A stretch of DNA of 64,000 nucleotides from contig CM022676.1 of the NCBI GenBank assembly GCA_012295275.1, positions 434,001 through 498,000 of the forward strand, written 5' to 3'. A program made the position numbers and the translations under genes. The notes beneath the pieces are model-generated. The model was not told the DNA's origin. It ran no database searches and worked only from the letters and a program-made list of their open reading frames with translations. This DNA comes from Chrysomallon squamiferum. Taxonomy: Eukaryota; Animalia; Mollusca. Shown piece after piece: positions 63,345-64,000 of this stretch (position 1 is the stretch's first letter; each line of letters begins with the position of its first letter).

Positions 63345-63767
63345 AAGAAGAAGAAGAAGAAGAAGGAGGAGGAGAAGAAGAATTGTAAAATGGAGAAAAA
63401 GTCGAGATTTCAACGTACATACTCTGATTTATCAACTTGTAACTATTGCTGTATAAACCATTTTCAACATTTGTACACTTCCACTTGCTAAAATCAACAT
63501 AGCTGATATTCAGCTTCAGTTCATACTTTTTAACATAGGAATCACTTCCTCGTCCTGCTTCTGTACAGACTGGTAAGTAAGCTCTGTTTGGTTTTCCAAA
63601 TGTTATACATCTGTTACCAGTCTGCACTAGAAAGGCTTTTTCAGTATTGTCTTTTTGAAAGGCAATACGGCCTTTATAGTTAGCAGCATCGAATGCAATA
63701 CATGTAAACACATACGGTTCACCCTCTAATGCTGCCGTCTTTGACCCGTAGAATAATAATTTTGCAC
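61881..63767 (-). CDS. Two-Ig-like-domain type I membrane protein, paralogue of 48784-54061 (5' partial)
   Basis: Exon 63767-63423 (AKLLFYGSKTAALEGEPYVFTC...DFSKWKC, 4 Cys) and exon 62413-61881 (domain 2 with 6 Cys, DAGLWKCADGSLSMGSTC, TM YILTGLISLLAVICVALACITF, basic stop-transfer RLIRKRGRKK, stop). The signal exon presumably lies beyond 64000. Confidence 0.85.
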
Positions 63768-64000
63768 CTGTACAAATGAAAGTAAATACTACTGTTAGGT
63801 GATTTACATGAAGACAAATGAATAAACAGCGCTAGTTTGGACGAGATGTTGGTAAAAAAAATATTATTCTTTCTTAGTGATGTGGATTTTTTATTTCTGT
63901 TGTTGTTATCATTACCTTTACCATTATTATTATCATTTTTTTTTTTTTTTTTTTTTTTTATATGTTATAACTATTTTTTTTTAATTATCATTTTTTCTTC

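Overview
AT-rich, microsatellite-dense eukaryotic DNA with spliceosomal GT-AG introns. The overall texture suggests a mollusc, possibly an octopod cephalopod (inference only). Gene models were assembled by hand from splice sites and reading-frame phase. (1) + strand multi-Ig cell-surface or secreted protein (433-14105; 9-10 Ig domains, one per exon) with an ambiguous 3' end. (2) - strand 8-exon DHHC palmitoyltransferase of the ZDHHC3/7 type (21435-27774), in which two splice-donor junctions have been tandemly amplified. (3) + strand 4-exon secreted protein (30692-33838) consisting only of the domain known as the C-terminal propeptide of Pseudoalteromonas haloplanktis alpha-amylase. (4) - strand candidate small transmembrane adaptor with an ITAM-like motif (34764-37522). 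(5) - strand Ig/FN3 receptor pseudogene (~39830-45900). (6,7) two - strand paralogues with two Cys-rich atypical Ig domains, one apparently GPI-anchored (48784-54061) and one transmembrane (61881-63767, 5' end outside the window). Also present are Tc1/pogo-type MITEs, degenerate Tx1/L1-like and RTE-like LINE fragments, and an exon-less collinear copy of the gene-6 locus. Taken together the window looks like a birth-and-death Ig-receptor cluster with a candidate signalling adaptor. No database searches could be run.
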